From Lacipirellulaceae bacterium (GTDB lineage Bacteria; Planctomycetota; Planctomycetia; Pirellulales; Lacipirellulaceae): DNA of 59,330 bases. The DNA is taken from positions 1 through 59,330 of the forward strand of contig DASYDU010000311.1 in the NCBI GenBank assembly GCA_036499445.1. The letters are read 5' to 3'. The position numbers and the translations under genes were made by a program. A model generated the notes under the pieces. That model was not told the DNA's origin. It searched no databases and saw only the letters and a list, made by a program, of their open reading frames with translations. Of this stretch, positions 1-8,257 are shown piece by piece. The first letter of the stretch is position 1; the number at the start of each line of letters is the position of its first letter.

Positions 1-140
1 CAAGACCTGTGTCTTGTGCGCCGTTTTCTGCGCCGCCCTTTGATGAAACCGACGTATTTACGGGTGGTTCCGCAGGTTGTTCGACTCCCTCCTCCGCTAC
101 CTTACACAAAAATCCAGCCTGCCAACGCCTCCGGAGCGAG

Positions 141-803
141 TTAGCGAAACTGCGCTTCGCCGGCCGCGGTGCGGAGCTCGGCGAGGATGTTGGGGGTGGC
201 CGTGAGGTCGACCAACTCGGCCATCGAGCCAACTTGAAGTTTTCGCATGATGGCGGAGCGGTGCATCTCGACGGCCCGCTCGGTGAGAAAAAGTTTGGCC
301 GCCATGGCCTTGTTGGACTGGCCGGCCTCGATCATTTCCAGCGTTTCGCGCTCGCGGTCGCTGAGCCGGCGGACGCGTTCTTCAAGCGCCGCAATGTCGG
401 CGTCGCGCTGTCGCCATTGGGCATCGAGCGCGAGGGCCTTACGAACGCGATCGACCAGCATCTCGCGATCGAACGGCTTTTCGAGCAACTCAATCGCGCC
501 AGTTCTCATGGCGGTCTCGGGGGTCAAAGCATCCGCCTGAACCGTAATGAAGATCATGGGCAGGCGCTTGCCTGCACTCAGCAGCTGCTCGTAAAGCGCG
601 AGGCCGTCCTGGCGCGGCATTCGGATATCGAGGAGCAGGCAGCCGGGCATTTGCGGCCGATAGTAGCGCTGAAAGCTGCCGGGGCTGGCAAACGGGCGCA
701 CGGCAAAGCCGACAACTTCCAGCAAGACCTCGAGCGAATCGCGCATCTGCTCGTCGTCGTCAACGACAAACACAGTGGGGCTGGTCGTATCTGCAGGCGT
801 CAT
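141..803 (-). CDS. Response regulator, receiver domain + LuxR/FixJ-type HTH
   Basis: 220-aa ORF with ATG at 803. Receiver signatures VFVVDDDE, LLLDIRMP (phospho-Asp), FITVQAD, LEKP. C-terminal LuxR-type HTH LSDRERETLEMIEAGQSNKAMAAKLFLTERAVEMHRSAIMRKL. Confidence 0.85.
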   Translation of the reverse strand: MTPADTTSPTVFVVDDDEQMRDSLEVLLEVVGFAVRPFASPGSFQRYYRPQMPGCLLLDIRMPRQDGLALYEQLLSAGKRLPMIFITVQADALTPETAMRTGAIELLEKPFDREMLVDRVRKALALDAQWRQRDADIAALEERVRRLSDRERETLEMIEAGQSNKAMAAKLFLTERAVEMHRSAIMRKLQVGSMAELVDLTATPNILAELRTAAGEAQFR

Positions 804-1309
804 TGTGAGCAGGGGCTAGTTAATCGATTCGAGTTTTGGCAACGTGTCCGCCGACGATCCCACCTTTTGACAAGACGGCGAAAGTGACCCGAACGCGTAC
901 AGACGAATCGCGGCCGCCCAAACCGCGGTTGTCTGTGGATCGTTGCTCGCTCCGATAGGGAGCTTCGTCGTGCTGGACCGTCATGTGACTCTGTTCCGGT
1001 TCCCGCCGCCTAACTCTCTACGCACTGCGAGCGCTCGCGGAGACAAGATGTCGGACTCGCTCGCGCACGGTGGCTCAGGAGTTGGCCCGACAATGAAAAC
1101 GGCGTTCCAGAACGCGATATTCTTTTTCCATTCGCGGGAAGTGCTTACGCGCGAAGTAGATAACGCGGGGCAGACTCTACGCTCGGAAGCATGAGGCGCG
1201 AAAATCTTGCCCGACTGTTGGGCACTCGTGCGCAGGCTAGGGGCAAGGATTGACGAGGATACGAGAAGTGAGGCCTGGCTCGATTTACGGTCCCGGCGAT
1301 GTCATCCGC

Positions 1310-3517
1310 TTACGACTGATCGACGGTCGCCGCATAGCGATTGGCGGTGGTCGCTGGAGCCGCGGCCGCGGTCAGCGGTCCCTGGCCGCGCTCGTGGCGG
1401 CCCCACCAGGCGTCGGCTTCTTCAATCGACCAGGCCGTGGCATCCGGACAATGCTCGAGAAGGATGGCCAACTCGCGCGCTGTTTGCGGCCGTTTGGCCC
1501 GTGACTTTTCCAGGCAGGCGAGGAGCGCGTTTTCGAGCGCGGCGGGAATCGCTGTCGCGACGCGCTGCGACGGCGGCGCGGGGACGCCGGAGATGTGCTG
1601 CTGGCAGAGGTCCATGACATTTTCGGCATTGAACACCGGTTGCCCGGTGAGCAGGAAGTAGCCGGTAGCGCCGACGGCATAAATGTCGCTGCGGGAATCG
1701 ACCGAGTTGGGCAGTTGGATGGCCTCGGGCGACATGTAGAGCGGCGTACCGGTGAGCGAATTCTGTTGTGTAAGTCCCGACTTCTTTTCTTCGTCGAGCG
1801 CCTTGACGAGTCCGAAGTCGAGCACCTTGATCACGTCCGGCTCGCCGCCGCGGCGATTGAGCATGATGTTCGACGGCTTGATGTCGCGGTGGACGAGCCC
1901 GAGCGAATGGGCTTCGTAAAGCGACCCGCAGACTTGTTGCAAAATGTGAATGACCCGCGGCACGGGTTGCGGGCCGTAACGTTCGACGAGCGATTGGAGG
2001 TCGATGCCGTCGAGGTATTCCATCGCGTAATAGAACAGGCCTTCTGGCGTGCGGCCGTAGTCGTAGATGGCGACTGTGTTGGGGTGATTGAGCTGGCTGG
2101 TAATCTGCACCTCGTGCTCGAAACGCTGAATGGAGCCCTCGTTCACCTTGTCGACGTCGAGCATTTTGATCGCGGTGGGTCGGCGAAGCATGGCGTGGCG
2201 ACCTTTGTAGACGACGCCCATGCCGCCGGAGCCTAGCTTTTGCTCGAGCTTGTACTGGCCGATTTGTTGGGCTTCAATCTCGGCCTTCTGTGCCTCGCGA
2301 CGGAGCCGGGCAACCATCACCGAGAACACAAAGATCGCGATCGAGCTGAGCGCGAGCAGCGCAAAGAGTCCCCAGAAGGTCCATTGCAAGATCGAAAGCG
2401 GACGAAACGCTTCAGCATATTCAATTTCGGTGGCGACGCCCATATTGGCATCGGGGAGCCACTTCCACGCGCCGGCGACTTTGACGCCGCGGTAGTCGCG
2501 ATAGCCGTCGATGTCGACGCTCGCGTTGCCGGCGATGGCGTCGGCGGCCATGCGAGTGAGCGGCAAGTCGTGCCGCCGCGTGGTCGAGCGATGACCCTGG
2601 GTCATGTCGCCACCTGGATCGCGGGCCAGGAGCTGCAAGATGGAATGCGAGTTTTCTTGGTCGGGTAAGAGACCGAGCAGAATCAATGCGTCATCAAAGC
2701 GGCTGTTGGAGACGAACAGGCCGTTCTTGTCGAAAGCGTAAGTCTCGCCGGAGTTACCGACGCGACCCAACTGCAGAATCCGGGTGAATTCGAGCTCCGG
2801 CCGGATGCGAAGCGCAAGCACGCCGACGACCTGAAAGCTCTCGTCGCGGATCGGCGCCGCGACATACATGGTCGGTACGCCCGTGCGGACGCGACCGTTT
2901 TCGTCCTTTAAGGCGACGGTGCTGGGAAACGGCGTGGAAATACAGGCGTTGCCGGCGAGGGCCCGCGTGAGAAACGCATCGTATTCCGGTATATCTTGTT
3001 TTCCGTCCAGCTCGCGCGACGTGGCAGCGATGATGCGCTTTGACTTGTCGGCCACGAAATAGCGGATGTAGTCATGTGCGGTGAGCGCCGGGGCGAGAAT
3101 CTTGTCGAGTTGAACTTCTAGCTGAGCCCTTGAGTTGTCTCCCGATTGGTCGGCATTGTTTGGCACCTCCAGCAGTTTGTAGACGAGCTGCCGGACTTCG
3201 ACTCCATTGGCCACAGATTCGGCATTGGATTGCTGAGCGTGGATCCATGTTTGCAACATCGCGGTTTCGATATCGAGCAATGTTTGCAGCTCGGACCGCA
3301 GGCCGTCCTTCATCGTGGTTTCAATCGCATGCCGCACGCCCCAGCCGATGGCCGAGAGCAAGACCACGGCAATGATCGGCCAGATCCAAATCTGCCGCTT
3401 GAGGAGGAGCGCGGTGCGCGAAACGGTCCGCCCGACGCTCGAGGTGGCCCACGTCATGTGGGGCGCGGGATGGCGCGAGCCGCTGGCGGGTTTGCGGAAA
3501 CGAGAGAAGAGATTCAT
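1310..3517 (-). CDS. Transmembrane Ser/Thr protein kinase with N-terminal periplasmic double-Cache-like sensor
   Basis: 735 aa. TM1 IWIWPIIAVVLLSAIGWGV, then about 330 aa extracytoplasmic with Cache-like motifs (VAAPIRDESFQVVGVLAL, GNSGETYAFDKNGLFVSNSRF). TM2 WTFWGLFALLALSSIAIFVFSVMVA, then a Hanks kinase (GSGGMGVVYKG, AIK, HRDIKPSNIM, DFGL, GTPLYMSPE). Confidence 0.85.
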   Translation of the reverse strand: MNLFSRFRKPASGSRHPAPHMTWATSSVGRTVSRTALLLKRQIWIWPIIAVVLLSAIGWGVRHAIETTMKDGLRSELQTLLDIETAMLQTWIHAQQSNAESVANGVEVRQLVYKLLEVPNNADQSGDNSRAQLEVQLDKILAPALTAHDYIRYFVADKSKRIIAATSRELDGKQDIPEYDAFLTRALAGNACISTPFPSTVALKDENGRVRTGVPTMYVAAPIRDESFQVVGVLALRIRPELEFTRILQLGRVGNSGETYAFDKNGLFVSNSRFDDALILLGLLPDQENSHSILQLLARDPGGDMTQGHRSTTRRHDLPLTRMAADAIAGNASVDIDGYRDYRGVKVAGAWKWLPDANMGVATEIEYAEAFRPLSILQWTFWGLFALLALSSIAIFVFSVMVARLRREAQKAEIEAQQIGQYKLEQKLGSGGMGVVYKGRHAMLRRPTAIKMLDVDKVNEGSIQRFEHEVQITSQLNHPNTVAIYDYGRTPEGLFYYAMEYLDGIDLQSLVERYGPQPVPRVIHILQQVCGSLYEAHSLGLVHRDIKPSNIMLNRRGGEPDVIKVLDFGLVKALDEEKKSGLTQQNSLTGTPLYMSPEAIQLPNSVDSRSDIYAVGATGYFLLTGQPVFNAENVMDLCQQHISGVPAPPSQRVATAIPAALENALLACLEKSRAKRPQTARELAILLEHCPDATAWSIEEADAWWGRHERGQGPLTAAAAPATTANRYAATVDQS

Positions 3518-3637
3518 GGCTGCGAGGTTCAGAGCGGAGCGGCGGGGTCCGGGAGCCGCACACGATGGCTGTCAATCAAAAGGAGTTGGGAGCTAAGTCC
3601 CAGTATAACCGGGCAGCTGCGGGCAGGGGGGAAACGC

Positions 3638-5059
3638 TCACTTCTTCGCCTTGCCTGCGGCTTGGGTGTTTTTGAGGCGCACTAGGACGTACCGCTCTTC
3701 GTGGTCTGGGCCTAAATGGACGAGGGCGGTGCCTTCCTCTTTGGTCAGACTATTGAGGCCGGTTTCGACGATCACTTTCTTATTGTCGCCCACGTGCCAA
3801 GCGGACCGCTGGGTTTTCTTGTCGACCGAGCCGTAGACCGCCTGTGTCTTGTCTTCGACTTCGCTGAAGTAATTGCCGCGGATGACGCCTTGCTTGTCGA
3901 GGGCGAGCTGGAAGATCATCTCGGGCTTGTCCTTGTCCGACTTCATCAAGGCAAACACGCCAAGCGGCAGCCACAGCATCGACTGACTCTTTAACTTACC
4001 ATCGGTATAGGCCGATTCGGTCGTCCCTTCCTGACGTGCGTCGGTGACCGCCAGCGTTTCGGCCTGGTTGTAATACTCTTGAGGATTTCCGACCGGCTGT
4101 GAATTGACGAGGACATTATCGTTGTTGTAAACGACCGTGTTGCCGTAGTCGTAGTTTTGCGGCGGCGCGCTGGGCTCGTCCAGCCAACCGCTGGCGGCCG
4201 CCCAATCGACGGCGTTCCAATATTGGCCGGCCCAATAATCGTTGTCCGCCTGATCGTATGGCGACCAGGCCCAGCGATGATGCGCGGCCCAGCCGGCGGT
4301 GAAGGCCGGATGGTCATTGAACCAAGCCTGTCCGGCGAGCGCCTGGGCGTGGTCATAAGTGGGCGAGATGCGCGCAGCGGCATACGGGTGCTCGGCCGCA
4401 TCCGCCGCGACTGGATGATCTGCGATGTCGGCGACGGCCGGGTGATCGAACGCATCCGACCGCGCGAGCGGCATTCCACCATCAGTCGGGAGACCGAGGA
4501 AGTGATTCAGATTGCCACGATCGACAGCGTCGGACAAGCCGGCGTGCATGCCGAGCGTAGCGGAATTATCGGCGAAACGATTTAGCTCGCCGCCGCCGGC
4601 AAGCGAATTGAATCCGCCGGGACGAAAGCCGCTCAGAGAGGCCGGAAGCCCGCCGACAACTCCGCCGGGACGGACGCCGCCGTAATCGTGGAAGTCGCTC
4701 ATGCCGTTGCCGGCGTGGAAGCCGCCGCCGTAACCGCCGATGCCCATGCCGCCGGACATGCCGTCGGGATGAAAGCCTCCCATTCCACCTCCGCCGAATC
4801 CGCCGGCAAAACCTTGCGGTCGGTAGCCGCCCATGCCGCCACCGCCAAAATTCTGCGGATGGAATCCGCCGCCGCCAAAGCCACCACCGCCGAATCCACC
4901 GGCACCAAATCCGCCGCCACTGAATCCACCACCGTGGAAGCCGCCACCACCGAATCCACCGCCGCCATGAAAACCGCCGAAGCCTCGGCCGAAAACGGTA
5001 GCCTGCGTACCCAGTACGGCAAGCAACAGCGCGAGTGCGAGTGAAAACGACCGATTCAT
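3638..5059 (-). CDS. Secreted Gly/Phe/His-rich low-complexity protein with conserved C-terminal domain (paralog of 8258-9571)
   Basis: 473 aa. Signal peptide MNRSFSLALALLLAVLGTQATVFG, then about 110 aa of GGGGF/GGFH repeats, a Trp-rich segment, and a C-terminal domain starting WLPLGVFAL. About half of its positions are identical by eye to the C-terminus of the 8258-9571 product. GGGAGGGG lies 8 nt upstream of the ATG. Confidence 0.75.
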   Translation of the reverse strand: MNRSFSLALALLLAVLGTQATVFGRGFGGFHGGGGFGGGGFHGGGFSGGGFGAGGFGGGGFGGGGFHPQNFGGGGMGGYRPQGFAGGFGGGGMGGFHPDGMSGGMGIGGYGGGFHAGNGMSDFHDYGGVRPGGVVGGLPASLSGFRPGGFNSLAGGGELNRFADNSATLGMHAGLSDAVDRGNLNHFLGLPTDGGMPLARSDAFDHPAVADIADHPVAADAAEHPYAAARISPTYDHAQALAGQAWFNDHPAFTAGWAAHHRWAWSPYDQADNDYWAGQYWNAVDWAAASGWLDEPSAPPQNYDYGNTVVYNNDNVLVNSQPVGNPQEYYNQAETLAVTDARQEGTTESAYTDGKLKSQSMLWLPLGVFALMKSDKDKPEMIFQLALDKQGVIRGNYFSEVEDKTQAVYGSVDKKTQRSAWHVGDNKKVIVETGLNSLTKEEGTALVHLGPDHEERYVLVRLKNTQAAGKAKK

Positions 5060-5137
5060 CTCAATCCCCTCCCAGCAGGTAATTTCTTCCGAGCTGCAAT
5101 TCTTAGCGAGTCGTCACAGATAGGTGCGGGCGGCGGT

Positions 5138-6088
5138 TTACGGCTTTTCTTTCACGCGATCGAACACGACTTCCGCAGTATCCGGCAGCATCGATTCGCC
5201 GGCCATGCGATGCGTCGAGCGCCAACCGAGGACGTTGTCTTGACCGGACACGTGGATCACAAAATCCTGCGCGCTCGTCGGCGTGCTATCGGGCAGCGTG
5301 CCGATGTGATCGATCTGCCAACCGTCGGCGGACTGAGCCCAAAGCCCCGTGCCATAGCCGCCGGACGAGTCGAACGACCAGGAACGAATCTGTCCTTCTT
5401 GCGGATCCCAGCCGATGAGCTGCTTACCGGAGTTGGTGACTTCACCGTTTTTTCGGACGGTGTAGTCGCGTTCGATAAATGTCTTGTTTGCAAGCCAATG
5501 GATGTCGGACTCGGCGACGGTGTCCTCGTTTTTGGCCCGCCACCGGCCGATTAGCCACTCGAGGGCTTGCAAGTTGGCTGAGCCGGCTTTGAGGTCAACC
5601 GGCGCTTCGTGCACGCTAGCCATGAGCCATTTTCCGCCGTCCATAATATGGACAGCCGTGTAGCGGGTCGCTGAGGGCGGATCACTTTTGGTGATCATTT
5701 TTGCGACGCCGTCTTCCACGGCGACGTTGGGCGCGGGCATGTCGATCGAATGGACCTCGACCTGGATGCGGGCATCAGGGCGGGCCTTGAATAGGGCCGC
5801 GTATTGCTCTTCGATCGCTTTGCGACCTTTGAAGACTTGCCCCTGCTCGTCCGTCTCGGTGCCGTCGGGCGTCCACAGCGCGGCGACGGCCTTGGCATCG
5901 CCAGCGTTAAATGCCTGACTGAAGGCGTCGGCCGAAGCCCGGATCGGCGCTGTCTTGTCGTTCGTGCCGGTCGGCTTCTGGGCGTCGGCCGCACAGGCGA
6001 GCCTGGCCAAACCAAATAGCGCTCCGCAAATCACCAGGCAATGGATTTTTGATGAGCGACATCGATTGAAGTGCAATGAATCGTCCAC
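5138..6088 (-). CDS. Secreted tandem NTF2-like protein (SnoaL/DUF4440-like N-terminal half)
   Basis: 316 aa with GTG start preceded by GGAGAA. Signal-like IHCLVICGALFGLARLACAADA. DUF4440/SgcJ-like stretch FSQAFNAGDAKAVAALWTPDGTETDEQGQVFKGRKAIEEQYAALF...GGKWLMASVHE, then a second beta-rich half starting LEWLIGRW. Confidence 0.7.
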   Translation of the reverse strand: MDDSLHFNRCRSSKIHCLVICGALFGLARLACAADAQKPTGTNDKTAPIRASADAFSQAFNAGDAKAVAALWTPDGTETDEQGQVFKGRKAIEEQYAALFKARPDARIQVEVHSIDMPAPNVAVEDGVAKMITKSDPPSATRYTAVHIMDGGKWLMASVHEAPVDLKAGSANLQALEWLIGRWRAKNEDTVAESDIHWLANKTFIERDYTVRKNGEVTNSGKQLIGWDPQEGQIRSWSFDSSGGYGTGLWAQSADGWQIDHIGTLPDSTPTSAQDFVIHVSGQDNVLGWRSTHRMAGESMLPDTAEVVFDRVKEKP

Positions 6089-6214
6089 GGTTTCGTTCTC
6101 CGAGTTCCCGGGTCAATAGGTGCTCCGTCGAGAATCATCTGGCGGCGGGCGCTCTATTATCGCACGAAGCGACTTCGGCTGCACGAAAAATTTGCTCTTA
6201 CGTGGGCAGGACCC

Positions 6215-7507
6215 CTACGTAGGCAGAACATACAGCAGCCACTTTTTCATCCGGATCGCAACCTTGGAAATAATGTGGACGCTTTTGCCATGCTCCGTGT
6301 AGATGGCTACCACTCCGCCGGCGCCGAGCGGGATGTTGAGCGACTTCGCCTCGTCCTCGGGCAGTATAATGCGAACGGCGAGCAGGCCTTGCGATCCGAT
6401 CGTCGATGCGCGAGGAATTTCGCCGCCCGGCGCGAACTGGCCCTCACCGGTCGCTTCGACAATGCACTCGACCTTGGCGTTGAACAGCCGGCCAGGATAC
6501 GAGTTGAGGACGAGCTCCACATCGTTGCCGGGCTCGACATTCATCAGGTAGTTCTGCGGGAAGACGGCGACAACCCCGGTTTCCGATGTGTTGATGAATG
6601 TGCCTGCGGGCGCCAGTGGCAGCGGAACGAGCATCGTTCCTTCTTGCACTTGCCAATTGACGACGAAGCCGTCGGCCGGCGCGGTGACGTGGCATTGCGT
6701 TAAGTTGAATTGCGCGTGGTCGAGCTGAGCTTGGATAACCGCGACACCGCTGGTGGCGACTTTGAGGGCGGCTTCAGATTGGGAGGCGGCCGCGGCGGCT
6801 TGCAATTGGGCGGCCTGTGCTTCGGCGAGCGCGGCTTCGGCTTGGGCCGAGGCGGCTTGGGCTTGAGTGATGTCAGTTTGTGCCTGCTCGTAAGCGGCAT
6901 CGGCCTGTTTGCGGTTTTGCGTGGCTTGGTCGACTTTGAGCCGACTGATCGCGACCGCATTTTCCTTGAGAATTTCCAAGTCCATTTGCTCTTCGATCTT
7001 GGCCAGTTCGTCGGCCGCGCCCGCCTTCTTGGCCGCGGCTTCGGCGCCGGCGACGCCCGCTTTCGCCGTGTTGACGGCGGCTACGGCTTGTCCGACCGCC
7101 GCCTCGCTTTTCTTCACGTTGGCCCGCGCGGCCTCGAGACCGGCTGCCGATTGCTCAACGTTGTCTTTCGAAGATTGGAGCTGCGCCTCGAGCTGATTGA
7201 CGGCGAATTGATAAGGGGCCGGGTCGATGTCCAAGAGTGGGTCGCCCTGGTGAAGTGGCTGCAGAGGCCGCGCATAGAGTTTCTTTATTTGTCCCTTTAC
7301 GTACGGGACGATTTGCACAATGTGATGACTGGCCACGACGCGCATCGAGACCGGCGCACACAAGGTCCACGCGGCCACCACACCCCCGATGATAAAAATG
7401 CCCGCAACGACGACCAGTGCAATCGGATAGGGCTGCGCACGGACGACCCCGACTTTGACGAGCACGATGACGATCGCGGTGTAGACGACGAGCAGAAAGG
7501 CTATCAT
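6215..7507 (-). CDS. HlyD-family membrane fusion/secretion protein (YibH-like)
   Basis: Start moved to ATG 7507 (MIAFLLVVYTAIVIVLV...), which overlaps the upstream stop as ATGA. N-terminal TM helices, a long Ala/Gln-rich coiled coil, and HlyD barrel motifs (DPLLDIDPAPYQ, TAPADGFVVN). Confidence 0.8.
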   Translation of the reverse strand: MIAFLLVVYTAIVIVLVKVGVVRAQPYPIALVVVAGIFIIGGVVAAWTLCAPVSMRVVASHHIVQIVPYVKGQIKKLYARPLQPLHQGDPLLDIDPAPYQFAVNQLEAQLQSSKDNVEQSAAGLEAARANVKKSEAAVGQAVAAVNTAKAGVAGAEAAAKKAGAADELAKIEEQMDLEILKENAVAISRLKVDQATQNRKQADAAYEQAQTDITQAQAASAQAEAALAEAQAAQLQAAAAASQSEAALKVATSGVAVIQAQLDHAQFNLTQCHVTAPADGFVVNWQVQEGTMLVPLPLAPAGTFINTSETGVVAVFPQNYLMNVEPGNDVELVLNSYPGRLFNAKVECIVEATGEGQFAPGGEIPRASTIGSQGLLAVRIILPEDEAKSLNIPLGAGGVVAIYTEHGKSVHIISKVAIRMKKWLLYVLPT

Positions 7508-7767
7508 CGAGCGAGCTCCTTCTTGGCAGCATCCAGCGGCAAGCGTCCGCTGGAATTCCAAAATGCCCAGATCAGCGCGAGCGGCCAAAGAATCCCCAGC
7601 GTGGCCAAACCGAGCCAGCCGGCGACACTGACGGCATCAGCTTGGGGGTGATTGCGGTCGCGGGCAATTTTTCCCGGGAGGCCGCCGAGTGTGACGATCA
7701 GGATCACGGCCGCCGCCAAGAGCACGCCAAACACCAGAAATGTCATGATGTCAAAGATGTCAATCAT
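7504..7767 (-). CDS. DUF3302-family small inner-membrane protein (YibI-like)
   Basis: 87 aa with two TM helices. LPGKIARDRNHPQADAVSVAGWLGLATLGILWPLALIWAF matches my recollection of DUF3302. Its stop overlaps the HlyD start by 4 nt. Confidence 0.7.
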   Translation of the reverse strand: MIDIFDIMTFLVFGVLLAAAVILIVTLGGLPGKIARDRNHPQADAVSVAGWLGLATLGILWPLALIWAFWNSSGRLPLDAAKKELAR

Positions 7768-7777
7768 GATTACGGCT

Positions 7778-8200
7778 TTACAATTCTTGTCCGGTTTGTG
7801 GCCTCAATGCTGGCTCGCAATGCCAGCTCAGCCGAACGCAGAGCGCGCACCAAATTGCGAGACTCAGGTGTAACACGCTTGCCGGCCAGAGCGCGATACC
7901 ATACATCCCACCCGCGGTCGCGGCATGAATTAGCAGCACGGGAACGGCGAGATTATAAATCACAGGGCTGCCAATCAGTCCTCGCTGAGCGCTCGAATCA
8001 CCCTTGTAAGCCAAGCCGCACGCTACGCCAATCGAGACGAGCGCTGCGCCCGTGATTCGCCCCAGAAGCAGCGATTACGGCGTGGATAGTCCTCCACCGA
8101 CGAGTAACTCAACGATCCAAGAAGGTGCGACGACGAGTGCGCTGCCCGTTCCCATTTCTATCAGAGCCGTCACCACAAGGAGCAGCTTTGACATGATCAT
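7778..8200 (-). pseudogene. Small polytopic membrane protein gene interrupted by one in-frame TAA (8075-8077)
   Basis: ATG at 8200 opens MIMSKLLLVVTALIEMGTGSALVVAPSWIVELLVGGGLSTP, then TAA. The same frame continues SLLLGRITGAALVSIGVACGLAYKGDSS...IWCALCVRLS to the stop at 7778. Hydrophobic helices occur on both sides of the stop. Hand-translated. Confidence 0.4.
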
Positions 8201-8257
8201 CGCCAACGCCCTACTTTATGTCTCCAGTGCTTTGCGAATGCGACTACCGAACCGGCA

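Noticed and set aside
60-103. tRNA-like T-loop string GTTCGACTCC
   Set aside because: I could not build a T-stem or a complementary acceptor stem (no AGCGGAG upstream to pair with CTCCGCT). There is no cloverleaf, so I judge it a chance match.
9-887. 292-aa plus-strand ORF covering the first 0.9 kb
   Set aside because: It is the mirror image of the response-regulator gene, which has clear REC and LuxR motifs on the minus strand. Long antisense ORFs are expected in GC-rich DNA, and its product has no recognisable motifs.
1027-1038. Perfect 12-nt palindrome GCGAGCGCTCGC in the 506-nt gap between the kinase and regulator genes
   Set aside because: It is GC-only and short, so it is plausible by chance in this composition. 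It has no flanking AT-rich promoter context and no second copy that I noticed. It cannot be excluded as an operator.
943-1194. 83-aa plus-strand ORF (and the overlapping 1207-1617 and 1250-1504 ORFs) in or near the kinase-regulator gap
   Set aside because: It has no signal peptide, motifs or ribosome-binding site. 1207-1617 and 1250-1504 mostly overlap the kinase 3' end in antisense. The gap remains unexplained.
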